A stretch of 63,340 nucleotides of DNA, counting the filler, from Octopus bimaculoides (lineage: Eukaryota), in the NCBI RefSeq assembly GCF_001194135.2. It is 7 parts of 7 records of this genome, joined end to end, with 100 filler letters (N's around TTAATTAATTAA, not from the genome) between each part and the next. Parts side by side here need not be neighbours in the genome. Positions count along the whole stretch, not along the records: positions 35,181 to 40,847 come from NC_068981.1; positions 40,948 to 46,004 come from NC_069001.1; positions 46,105 to 58,785 come from NC_068984.1; 4 more parts are not named here. One strand, written 5' to 3'. A program made the translations under genes and the position numbers. A model generated the notes under the pieces. It saw only the letters and a program-made list of their open reading frames with translations. It made no database searches and was not told the origin of the DNA. Below, piece by piece: positions 35,621-48,290 of the stretch; within the stretch, counting starts at the first letter, position 1; each line of letters starts with the position of its first letter.

Positions 35621-37689
35621 TTGCACATTTACCTTTAAAAGCGTCTAAAAATCGGATTGATTAGTCGGCAGGCAGTTTAGCTTAATGGTAAAGTATTTCG
35701 CCAGAGTCTTCATGAGATATGAGTTCGAGTCCCATGGCTGATTGTTGACAACTTTTTCTGCTTTGTAAGTGTAATTTACCCAATGTTTCCAATGAGGCAG
35801 CTGTAGAAATATTTCTTTCAGAAAAAGTTTCCCCATGCATACACTCATAAGCACGCATATATATGCGTACATAATTAACATGCAACTCGCCACCATTGTT
35901 GTGATCTAAATTCTTGTGGAGGAGCTTTGTTTATTTGAAGAATTCAAATAATTAAAAAAGAAACATCACATACATACACACTCTCTCTTTGAATATTCCT
36001 TTTTGTTTCAGTCATTCGACAGTGACCATCACTTTCACGCTATACCAAGTTCACATAAATATATGTGAAAATATCTATAATGCTGAGATTATTTATATTA
36101 ACAGCTGGTTTATAAATATTTTCGGACGATATGATGCTGGAATTTGGCCAAAAAACAATGTTCATCCTTGGTCTCTCTACTTCACTTGTTCCACACAACG
36201 AATGCTATAAATATCTAAGCATTGATAAAAATCTATTATTGTAAGGTGTCGTGAACATAGACCAACAGAGTTCCTTTCATAACATGATAGTATACCACTA
36301 TGTAGTTTCAATACCAGTTATAGTTTCAACACTTAGGATACTTGATTAGATTCTTGAGAAAATTCACTCCATAGATATTAAAACAGGCAGAATTCTAACT
36401 TTCATTTGGAAGCTTCCAAATGAATAGTGATATGGAGAGACTCTCAGAAAAAATAGTGAAACTTTTGGTGCCGTATGACATTACCTAAGCCGCATCTGCT
36501 TAACAACGGCAAAAACAAATGAATCTATCAAGTGAAAAGAACAACAGCTTACTTATCAGGAGTGAACTCCTCAAGAAGCACTTAGTTTGCGAAGAGACTC
36601 CTGGATAAATCTACTTCAACAAAAATTTGGAAAAGCACTCTATATATCTCCAACATATTGACCGTGGTTATATTTCTCGGAAATATAAGAACGGTATCGA
36701 TTTTGGCAGGTCATACTATCTCTCTCTTGGAATGGATACTTTTATATGCTACAAAATTGAAAACTACGCTATAGCAATCCAAGAAGAAAATATGAGTAAC
36801 TATTGGGCAAAAGAGGTAGTGAAACCTATCAACTGAAATTATCTTACCTTTCTTTGAGTATCGCTAACAATTATTACTAAGAGGCAAGAATGTCTTGAGC
36901 GCATTATTTAGTAACATCATCCATCACATAATTTATATTGTATCTCGCTCTTTGATAGCTACGAACAACACACAAAACTCTCAAAGTCGCTATAATTCTT
37001 GACCTGACAATTTTTGGTAACTTTCATAGCGATGCTGCTATGACATAATACATATATGAAAAGTTGCATTCATTCCACCATTTTTAGGGCAGAAAATACA
37101 TGACTTATCGGCTGCTGCCTCCCTATACAACTCAGAGATATCCCAGACTTCTTCCAGAAAAAGGCCACTCGACTGATTTCTTTAAAATTAATATATTTCT
37201 TGAATTTAGAAGTTGAAAAGGAGACGTGAAAATGAAGATTTTTCACTGTTACGTAAGTTGCTTGATATTTCAAAAATACCTTGGCGAATTCAACCACTGG
37301 CCTCAGCATTTTAAAATTTGCTGTGCCTTCATCTTTTAGTTTTCAGAGGCACTGTAAAAGCGGTGATGTTTCTTTCCTCCTGGTGCCAAAGAATATATAT
37401 GCTGTATGTATTTGCTATTAAAGATACCTTCTGTAATGTCTTAATAAGCTCTTTCACTTTAGTCAATCAACTTCATAAACCAGATGATGTGCATTGCATG
37501 ACATTGTTGAAGCATAGTAGGTTATTGAATAAATGGTATACTCATTTTCAGGCCTGTCTTTAATATTATTACGCGATCATTTTGATCATGGGTAACAGCA
37601 ATGGTAGTTCTTTTGTAAACCCAATACCATAAGATCAAAGTTAGCTAATCATGCTTAGATATTATCACTTCCAGTATTGAACAAACATG

Positions 37690-37960
37690 TACCAAAACAT
37701 CCCAAACACCAATCTATAACTGCCGAAAACCTACAAATTGCTCATTGGGGGATCTTGTCTCTCAAAGGCTGTGGTTTACAGAGTCACTCACATACCATCC
37801 GATGATATAAAGAAACACCACGTGGGTATAACACCCAATAATTTCAAAGAAAGATCTATGAAACACACGCACTCATTTAGATGTAGAAATAGAGAAAACT
37901 TCTTTTGGGTTTCTCTGTGTTAGATCTAAAGTCAATCCGAATTAATCTATAATAAACTAG
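37690..37960 (+). mobile_element. PLE GIY-YIG endonuclease fragment (Neptune-type)
   Basis: YNCRKPTNCSLGGSCLSKAVVYRVT...KHHVGITPNNFKERSMKHTHSFR. Confidence 0.75.
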
Positions 37961-38751
37961 AGGAAGTAAACGCTTACATGAAACAAATATCTTCACAATT
38001 TAATATACCATTGTTTCGTACAAATATACCAATTTGATATAAATATATGCCAATTTAATATACCATTGTTTCGTACTCATGAACTATTGTCATTTATGTC
38101 ACATAAAGACAAATATATTAAATATTTATATTTAAAAATCAACCTTATCATTGGAGCCTGATTGCCAATATTATGAATAATATCATCTCTTAACTATGCA
38201 TCATCCATGAACTTTTTTCCAAATAGTTCTCCTATAAAATTAAGTAGAAAAAAATTGCATCTTTATAATTAGAGAAATTATCACCCACATATATATCCTT
38301 ATAATTAGAGAAACTACCGTTAATATATTGCCACTTAAAAGAAACAAAATATGTGAGAAAATAGTTTGAGAAAAATACTCGCTCTTTTATGCACCTCACA
38401 GCGTGTATTAGAAAATTACACGTAGTTAAATTAAAGTTTTTGAACTTTCTCTGTAGAACTTACGTAAATGTAAATGCATTTTGTTATTCTCTTTGCACGC
38501 AAAGCAATAAAGGAGATCATCCTGACATGTTTTATAGCTTGTTGGCTACTTATTAGAAGACAACTATTCCCTGCTTCTCTATCTCCAAGCGACTGTTTTA
38601 GCGATCGCATAAAATTTATGTATAACATATATGCACACATGTACATACCTACATACATACATACACAATTTATTGGGACTATAGTAGAAGGATTGAACAG
38701 AGAACCATGTGGTTGGGAAGCAAGCTTCTTACCACACCACCACGCATGCGC

Positions 38752-38831
<80 letters not shown>

Positions 38832-38888
38832 ATGCATATACATATATATGTGAGTATGTATATATGTATGTATATATATGTATATATA

Positions 38889-39250
38889 GGAATCCTGCTA
38901 TCCTTCATTCTAATCCTTATTAGAATGAAGGATAGCACGATTCCTAAGCAGATGCTCTATGGAGAACTTGTGAATGGGAGGAGACTCCGGCAGAAACCAA
39001 GGCTGCGATTTAAGGACTGTGTCAAGTCCTCACTAAAGGCCTGTGATATGCAGGACACTGACTGGGAGAACAATGCCTGACATCGCCACGGATGGAGGAA
39101 GCAGGTTAAGGAGGGGATCGACACTTTTGAGAGAGCACGTATCCAGCATGAAGAACTTAAGCGAGCTGCGCGAAAGCGCACGGCTCGTATAGTGAATGGG
39201 AAAGCTCCGGAATGTGTAGAGAAATTTCTGAAACTACTCGCTTCAGCCGG
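38889..39250 (+). mobile_element. RTE-clade LINE 3' fragment with a 5' fold-back
   Basis: RMKDSTIPKQMLYGELVNGRRLRQKPRLRFKDCVKSSLKAC...WE...WRKQVKEG...FE...R...KRAARK is the characteristic RTE ORF2 C-terminus. Confidence 0.85.
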
Positions 39251-40433
39251 TGTGGAACGAGGCGCGTTCTTGTGAAAACTTACAATAAGAAGCAGTCGAC
39301 CACGACGGGTATGACATATAAATGGAATAAAGCGAGTATGTTTATACAATACCGAAAAACCTCTGTTAATGAAGATGCTTCTCGAGTTATCAGCAAGAAA
39401 ATATTTTAAGTTAGAAAATTTAAATACCTAGGAGCAAGACACACATGAACATCACAAGGGACATATAATTCGAGATATTTATTTATTGAGAAATCTGTTC
39501 AAGAAGTTAGAAATTTATCGGGGTTATGGCCAATAAAGTAAATAAACAGATAGACTGAATCTCAAATATACCTATTTAATGAAAATATGCGTATATTTCC
39601 CTTACAGTAATTTTAGTCTTGGTATGACATTAAGCTGCATCCGGTGGTGAGGCTCCAGTTCAGGAGTTCTAGAGCTGTTGGGGAAGGGAGTTACCCTTAA
39701 TTACCGTCACTCCTAGGTTCGTTCTGACTCTGTCAGGGTCCCATCTATGGGCTAAATAGATTTTTGTAAAGGTAGATTGAGCTTCTTAGCTGTGTTGAAA
39801 GCCATCGATCTAGGAGAAAGAAAACTTCAAAATTTGTACTCTCTTCTAACATGCCCTAAGCCAGCACAGAAGAGTATGGCTGATAAACCTAACATGTGGT
39901 ATGTTCAATAACATGGATTCGTACTAAGGAGGCAAATACCTCATGTTAGTGCTCATTCTGCCGCAGGCGGAGACAACAGTTTGCATTCATCCAATCTTCA
40001 AGGTTTTCATTCATTCAAGATCCTAGAAGTTTATATATGTAGAGAAATAACTTCCAATAATGCGTTATATACGGAAATGCAGTGTATCATTGTAACTAAA
40101 CATAAATAACCCAACAGTAATTTATTAATCAAACTAGTTTCCAAGAATATCTTATATGACCACACTGGCTAGCGCAATTTACTTCAGCCCTAAGCATATT
40201 GCTTAGTGATTTATAAGCAGTGACCTCGTGAACAAGTAAAAAGCGTACTTAGTCGCTGGAAACACTGAAAACAACTCGGCTGATCCTTTTTTCATTGTTA
40301 TCGAACGTACTATATATATATATAGAGAGAGACAAAATACTTACAACTATGTCCATTGACACACTGTTGATTAAGAATATAAAGGTATATTCCGCAGTAC
40401 CGTATAGCTGGTGCACATACATATATCTATATA

Positions 40434-40649
40434 CTGGTTTCAAATTTTGGCACAATGCCGGCAAATTCGAGGGAGCGGTAAGTCGTTTACATCGATATCA
40501 GCACTCAACTGGTCCTTATTTTATCGGTTTTGAAAGAGTGAAAGGCAAAGTCGACCCCAGCGGTATTTGGACTCAGAATGTAAAAACGGAAGAAACGCTG
40601 CTAAGCATTTTGTCCGGCGTGCTGACGATTCTGCCAGCCCGTCACCTTA
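40434..40649 (-). mobile_element. SINE family C
   Basis: GAAAGGCAAAGTCGACC...GCTAAGCATTTTGTCCGGCGTGCTGACGATTCTGCCAGC. Confidence 0.85.
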
Positions 40650-41794
40650 CATATACATACATAACTCACATATAAAATTACACACACACGCACGCACACA
40701 CACACACACACACACAATATATATAGAGGTGCATGGTTGTGTGGTTACGGCGATCGATTCGTAACCACTTGTTTCCAGATTAGATCTGACTATACGGCAT
40801 TCGGATAAGTAACTTCAACTGCAACCTTGGATATATATATATATATANNNNNNNNNNNNNNNNNNNNNNNNNNNNNNNNNNNNNNNNNNNNTTAATTAAT
40901 TAANNNNNNNNNNNNNNNNNNNNNNNNNNNNNNNNNNNNNNNNNNNNATTTCACGTTCTCTCGAAAGTTTATGAAAACCTCATGACGTCAGCAACAGACA
41001 ATTCTCGCTGGTAAGAGTAATGTTTCTCAAATGCATCGAGGGGTAGATTTTCGCGTCGGTTTCAACGTCTAAGCACCCGACAACCTACACTTTCTTTGTC
41101 GGTCATAGTGCTGGTGTCGAATGTGAGATTTAAGTCACGCCAACGATTTGCAAAGAAACCTGCAGATGCTGCAAGTGTGAGGAGTGCGGGTGAGTGCAGG
41201 CGATGTATTTACTGCCACTTTCTTCTTTGCCTGCACCCCTAAGTCTGTTAATGCTGGTTGAAACATCATGTGTGTGTGTGTGTGATATTGGGAACGAAAG
41301 GAAGAAAAAGTACTCAATACTGGAATTTTGAATACATCTTAATTCGGTTAAATGAAGTATTTATTTATTTCTGCCAACGTAAATAAATCTGTTTTATGTG
41401 TGTGAATGTGTATATACGTGCGCGTGTGTGTGTGTGTGTGTGTGTGTATGCGTGTGTATCTACCTTTAAATTATATGCGTGTGTGTATGTGACTGTGTTC
41501 GTGTACACACGCATATACACACACGTGCACACGCCGACAGTTTATCTTGCCAAATAACTGACCAATCACTTTACAGTTTCACTCAAAATCCTCCCTATAT
41601 TTAAAGGTATTTACCGCTCTTTAATTTCTACTTCCGTTGAACACTTGTGTTCAACAGGAAACACGTGCGTGGGTATTGAAACCGTTGTTTATAATTTAAA
41701 TCACTTCTGGAGGATGTTTAACCTAGTTGGGCAATACTAGAAAAACAATCAAAAGAAGGGAAATTATGATATTATATACATCTTTGGGAAATGT

Positions 41795-41869
<75 letters not shown>

Positions 41870-42390
41870 CATATATATGCATAATACACGCATGTGTATG
41901 TATGTGCGTATGTATTTACTGACGTGCACATATACATGTGTATATATGTATGTGTGCGTATATATATATATATATATATGTACTCGTGCACTTATATATA
42001 TATATATTTATATTATACATGTATGTATGTATGTATGTATGTATGTATACACGCGCACGCTGTTGTCTGGCGAAGCTCAAATTTGAGACATTAAATAACA
42101 GTGTCTGCTTCCCTATAAAATGGCGGAAGGCTTTTCAATTTATAGAGGCGATGGGTGACAGAAAAAAAATCAAAGTGTGTGAAGTACTCGCTGGGACCAG
42201 GTTGATTGCAGACGAGGCGGCGTTTGCAATATTTTGAGTCGCAACTGCTATACTTCTCTTGATGAATAACTTGCCAAGAGTTGAACAGAATTTCAGCTAA
42301 ACTACCGTCAGCTTGGAGAAGATCAGAGTGTTGAACCACGATGTCTAGCGCCCTCTACTGTTACCATCACCAACAACGAGCTGGATGTAG

Positions 42391-42943
42391 TCTTTATGTC
42401 ATTGAACCAGTGAAACAACAGCGTTCCCATCGTCGGACTGTGTAGTATAGTATTCGCTGAACACAGTGTACATATATATTTTCTACACATTGTTTAATTC
42501 ATGTCCATTTATATCTCAACACATTGTTAGCTCGTCATCTCTGTAAAGTCCTTTCCTCGAAGGATTGTATAGTTGCTTAGCTTTTCTAGGTTGCACATCA
42601 CTGATAATTCGTTTTCTTCTATTCAGCTGTAGATCCCATACGTACATAGAAAACCTGTTCTTCATTTCTTTGCTTACAACCTGTATTGTCACAGAAGTTT
42701 TGGAGTACATTATTATTCTATTAGTTGTTGATGAAATGAATCTTTTTTTGTGAACCCCAGAGCTTTTAATAGAGGTGAAGCTTTTCATCGTCGGGTTGAA
42801 ATCTACTACGTTTCATTAGGCGAATTTATACGATATATTATTCTTTATGTCATTGAACCAGTGAAGCAACAGCGTTCCCATCGTCGGACAGTGTAGTATA
42901 GTATTCGCTGAACACACAGTATACGTATATATTTTCTACACAT
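42391..42943 (-). mobile_element. PLE RT-core fragment (42491-42841) between about 100-bp direct repeats
   Basis: NVVDFNPTM (FDIxxFYPSI-like)...IIMYSKTS...GLYRDD on the minus strand; near-identical direct repeats at 42391-42490 and 42842-42943. Confidence 0.6.
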
Positions 42944-43244
42944 ATATATATATACGCCTGCCTGCCTAGGTACATGCACTGGTAAACATACATGTCTTTA
43001 CACACATACTTGTTCACAAAGAAACCTTATATCTCGTCTGCTTACACATGGAGTGATACGTTGCTCTCTAAAAATACTTTTTAAATAATTATCAATGAAT
43101 TGCGTCAAGATTTTGAATAAATTCCAAAACGTAAATAAAAAAAATTAACAAAAGACAGAAGAGAAGGTGAAAGACTGAGATAAAATATATTAATATAGAA
43201 ACTAATACTGACAGAATTACTAAAGTAAGAAAGACAGAGAGAAA

Positions 43245-43322
<78 letters not shown>

Positions 43323-43732
43323 ATGGAAGACAAGGAATGAGAAAAACGAAAGAGTTAGATGAAGTACGTAAATATAAAAGAAAGAAAAGAATACGCACGG
43401 TAAAAAATAAAACAAAGAAAAGAATTTGAGAAGAAAAAAATGAACGAAAAATTTCAGGGAATAGTAAAGGATGCTAGTATATTAGTTATTAATAAAAGTT
43501 ATTGTGTTTAAAAAGAACTCGGCCAGAGATAAAGTGAGCTTATCAGTGCAGACTAGTAAAAGTAAAGCAGATAAGATGGCGACAGAGAGCAGCAAAGTGT
43601 TGTTGATTCATAAGATAGCAATCTGATTTATTTTCAGCGAACTCATTCTCACATTTTTTTTAGATAATATTAGTCAAACGGAAACGAAAACACACTGTGT
43701 ATATATGTATGTAAGTATGTATGCATACATGC

Positions 43733-43764
<32 letters not shown>

Positions 43765-43891
43765 GAGAGTGTGTATGTCTATTATGTATATATGTGTGTG
43801 TGTGTGTGGATGTATATGTGCGTGTGTTTACATGTGTACGTTTATATATATAAACGCATATATGCATGTACAACCACAATATTTATGTAGG

Positions 43892-43924
<33 letters not shown>

Positions 43925-44708
43925 NNNNNNNNNNNNNNNNNNNNNNNNNNNNNNNNNNNNNNNNNNNNNNNNNNNNNNNNNNNNNNNNNNNNNNNNNNNN
44001 NNNNNNNNNNNNNNNNNNNNNNNNNNNNNNNNNNNNNNNNNNNNNNNNNNNNNNNNNNNNNNNNNNNNNNNNNNNNNNNNNNNNNNNNNNNNNNNNNNNN
44101 NNNNNNNNNNNNNNNNNNNNNNNNNNNNNNNNNNNNNNNNNNNNNNNNNNNNNNNNNNNNNNNNNNNNNNNNNNNNNNNNNNNNNNNNNNNNNNNNNNNN
44201 NNNNNNNNNNNNNNNNNNNNNNNNNNNNNNNNNNNNNNNNNNNNNNNNNNNNNNNNNNNNNNNNNNNNNNNNNNNNNNNNNNNNNNNNNNNNNNNNNNNN
44301 NNNNNNNNNNNNNNNNNNNNNNNNNNNNNNNNNNNNNNNNNNNNNNNNNNNNNNNNNNNNNNNNNNNNNNNNNNNNNNNNNNNNNNNNNNNNNNNTATAT
44401 ATACCCTACATACATATTACATAGATAACAGTTCTCAACAGTAGTCTATTCACTAATTTGACGATATATATGTGCGTGCGTGCGTGCGTGTGTATACACA
44501 CACACGCACATACACACACACGCACATACACACACACAGAAACATATAAGGTGTGTGAGTGTGTGCGCGCATGTATGCGTGTGTGTATGTAAGCATAGTT
44601 TCGTCAAATGGTTAAACGGTTCGCTTCACAACCTTGTGGCCTCACGTTCGATTCCACTAAGTGACTTCGTGGGCAACGTCATTTTGATAGCTTCAAGGTC
44701 AACCAATA

Positions 44709-45757
44709 CAAGGTAGTAGCAAAAGGTTCCCGGACAAGTTCCGTAGCGCGCCAACAGATGGCGGCACATGGTTTCACGCACATTGAGGACTAGCAGTGTC
44801 CTTCATAAGGCAGTGTACCGAGTGACATCGCTGTGTTTACTTCACAACTTGTGAAACTTGTGCTTTTGTGATCACATGTATGCTGTAGACTGCGACTTTG
44901 TCGTGGACAACAACAAAAAAGCCAACGTGAAACTTTGCGTTCAACTTGGGAAGTCTGCCACAGAGACATTGAGCATGCTTTGGCAAGCTTACGGCGACGC
45001 GACAATGAGTTGTACGCAATGTTTCGAGTAGCACGGGCGCTTCAAAAGCGGAGAAACGTCCCTGGAAGATGATGAGCAATCTGGAAGACCTACGAGCCTC
45101 ACCCCTGGAAATGTGGAGAAAATTCATCAGGTTGTGCATGAGGATGGTCGGAGGACAATCAGTGACATCACTGATGCTGTTGGTCTGTCGTATGGGTCCG
45201 CGCGCAGCAGGCAATCCTAACGTCTGAATTGAACGTGCGGTATGTCTGTGCCAAGTTTGTACTCCATCTCCTGACTACTGAGCAGAAAGGACATCGCGTT
45301 GTGTCTGTCAAGATCTCCGTCAGCGTTCCACTGATGACCCATCCTTCACATCGAGGACCATCGCAGGGGACGAGAGTTGGGTCTGTGCGTTCGACCTTGA
45401 GACGAAGCAGCAGTCATCGCAATCGACGAGGCCTTCATCTCCATGACTGATGACAGTATGGCAGGGCCGCAGCTCAATCAAAAACATGCTCATCGTCTTC
45501 CCGACATCTTCAGTTTTGTGCATCAAGAATTCATGTTCCAGGGCCATACCGTCATTTGATAGTTCTACTGCAATGACGTTTTGAAGCATTTGAGGGAGGA
45601 GGACATTCGGTCAGGTCTATACAACGCGAAGAAGTGGATTCTTCACGACGACAATGTACCCTGTCACCGAGCTTCTCCCCTCATTCGTGAGTTCCTCACC
45701 AAAAACATGGCATCGCTTCTGAACCCACCCTATTCACCAGATTTAGCACCTGCAGAC
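44709..45757 (+). mobile_element. Mariner transposon, degraded and 3'-truncated, inserted in a SINE head
   Basis: HTH region KLCVQLGKSATET...RFKSGETSLEDDEQSGRP; GDESW; KNMLIVF; LHDDNVPCH; PPYSPDLAPAD. TA followed by a TIR-like CAAGGTAGTAGCAAAAGGTTCCCGGAC. Stops and frameshifts throughout; ends in (GT)n. Confidence 0.92.
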
Positions 45758-45758
45758 T

Positions 45759-45793
<35 letters not shown>

Positions 45794-46323
45794 GGGGGGT
45801 ATAGGAATATAAGAAATAAAAAATAACAAAATAAAAAATTATGAATAGTAAAAATAAATAATACAAATAAATAATGAAAAATAAAAATTAGTAATAATAA
45901 AACAATAAATGCGAATAAATCAGTAACAGAAATAAATAAAAATTATTGAAAAATTATATATAAAAATAAATGAGCGAAATGTTTTTTTTCAAAAAAGGGT
46001 GTGTNNNNNNNNNNNNNNNNNNNNNNNNNNNNNNNNNNNNNNNNNNNNTTAATTAATTAANNNNNNNNNNNNNNNNNNNNNNNNNNNNNNNNNNNNNNNN
46101 NNNNTATATATATAAAATGCAAAAATACATTCGCATAAGATCATTTGATCTATATATTAATATAAATAGATAGATAGATATACATAAATACACACACACA
46201 CATACACACATACACACATACACACACACACATATATATATGAGAGATACTGGTATCGAGAAAATTTATCTATCTATCTATCTATAGATAGATATCCATA
46301 TATGCATATTATATGTATATATG

Positions 46324-46365
<42 letters not shown>

Positions 46366-46463
46366 NNNNNNNNNNNNNNNNNNNNNNNNNNNNNNNNNNN
46401 NNNNNNNNNNNNNNNNNNNNNNNNNNNNNNNNNNNNNNNNNNNNNNNNNCATACACACACACA

Positions 46464-46516
<53 letters not shown>

Positions 46517-48074
46517 ATTTATCAGCCAGTAAAAACAATTCACCGAAATAAAATTATCTTATCGGAAACTAGAATTTCAAAGCAATATTTTTTTAATGGC
46601 GTCAAACTGTTTTATAAGTGTCTGGTTATATAAATTTGTCACAAACCGTTACAGAGGATTGTTATATTTCCTATCATAGATTGTTTGCCAAGCCTTTCCC
46701 TGACAACCCTTTTCGAAGAACTGCGTTAAAAATGTAAATTATTTTTTCCCTCCTATCTAGTCTTTCTTTAGATTCTATAGAAAGTCATTTGCTAGCGGGC
46801 TCTATCATCTTGAATCAAAGTCATATTAGCGACTCTTGGTGATAGAGATACTGACCTTTATATTGCTATCTGTTTACATTCTTAAACAAAGCGAAACATG
46901 CCAATACAAAGAGGGAGAATATGAGATACAATACAAATGTAAGATTTCTTTCTCATAGTCCCACTTTTTGCATATGCACGTTTTGTTTTATTTTTGTAAA
47001 CATGTTTTCACTATCAACAATAAAATTAATTTGATTCCACTCATTATTTTACTAACAGTTACTTTTGGTTTTTTAAACTTTTACACGGTGCTTTGATTTG
47101 TTTGCCTTATACATCTTCGCTTAAATATTTTAATCTTTGCTTTTGGAAATCTTCATGAATATGCGTATTATTCTTCCTGCAAGACAAGGTGGGAACTTCT
47201 TTGTTGTCGCTCGACTCATTAGAAATAGCAGAAACGTATCTCTCATTTAATGCCCTACTGGTTTCTTTTTTAATACAGAGATGCAATGAATTATGTAGAT
47301 CAAGATGCACAAAGCCCATTAGAAGAACGGGACTGTTAAACAACAACAACGACGACGACAGGTGAAGGTAGTCATATATGTAATGATAAATTTTTTGTAT
47401 AAATAAGAGGAGGAAATGTCGTTGGAATTATTGAATTTGAACAACTTGACCTTGTGAGAGAAATGCATGTAGAAGTCAAACATGACAACTATACTTAAAC
47501 CGAATACATATATGTTTTTGATACCAAAAATAAACTTGCTTAAAAGACTTACTTGAGAATTTATTGACTGTTCATCAATTTGGTATATAAGTTCATTCAA
47601 TGACTCATCTCCCACATTTGTGGGAAAATGTTTTGTAGATCTGTTGGTGATGGCAATTTTATTATTAATTAAATGGGCACTAAACATACATATTCTAGGG
47701 AGAAAGAAATTTTAATTTATTAATATTATACTCTTAGTGATGAAAAGAAATTCTTATTGTAATCATTAACTTTGATCAAGAAATGCTGGGTAAACAACCT
47801 GCGAATTTAATGATTTATTAATTAAAAATAGACTGGAGGTGGGGGAAGTAACCCCCATCTTTTGGACGTTGGATTTTTTTAAATTTACATTTGCCAAACA
47901 GTTACTCAAACATTACGCTTATTGATAGCCTTTTAAAATTCTTATCACCAGTGTGTTGTTAAACAACTCAAATCCCATCCATCCTGTTTTTTTAAAAGTG
48001 ATATTAGAAAATCACAAGGCATCACTTACGTAATCTCTGCCAACGTAATTTCTGCTCTGATTTACTATCAAATA

Positions 48075-48290
48075 TTGGTTTCAAATTTTGGCACAAGGCC
48101 AGCGACTTCGGGGGAGTGAGTAAGGCGATTACATCGACCCCAATGTTCAACGGGTACTTATTTTATCGACCTCGAAAGGATGAAAGGCCAAGTCGATCCC
48201 GGTGGCGCTTGAACTCAGAACGTAAAGACGAATGAAATGCCACTAAGCATTTTGCCAGGCGTGCTAACGATTCTACTTCCTCTCCGCCTA
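48075..48290 (-). mobile_element. SINE family C
   Basis: GGATGAAAGGCCAAGTCGA...CTAAGCATTTTGCCAGGCGTGCTAACGATTCT. Confidence 0.85.

Noticed and set aside
36200-37600. Possible L1/Tx1-like RT relic on the minus strand (SVEWPF...SLGYL)
   Set aside because: Only one short motif-like match; too degraded to support without a profile search.
40983-40990. Perfect CRE palindromes TGACGTCA (also 28562-28569)
   Set aside because: Isolated 8-mers without promoter context; not distinguishable from chance.
47100-47700. Two minus-strand ORFs (80 and 122 aa), possibly a hAT transposase relic or myostatin exons
   Set aside because: No convincing motif for either interpretation and no clear splice sites.
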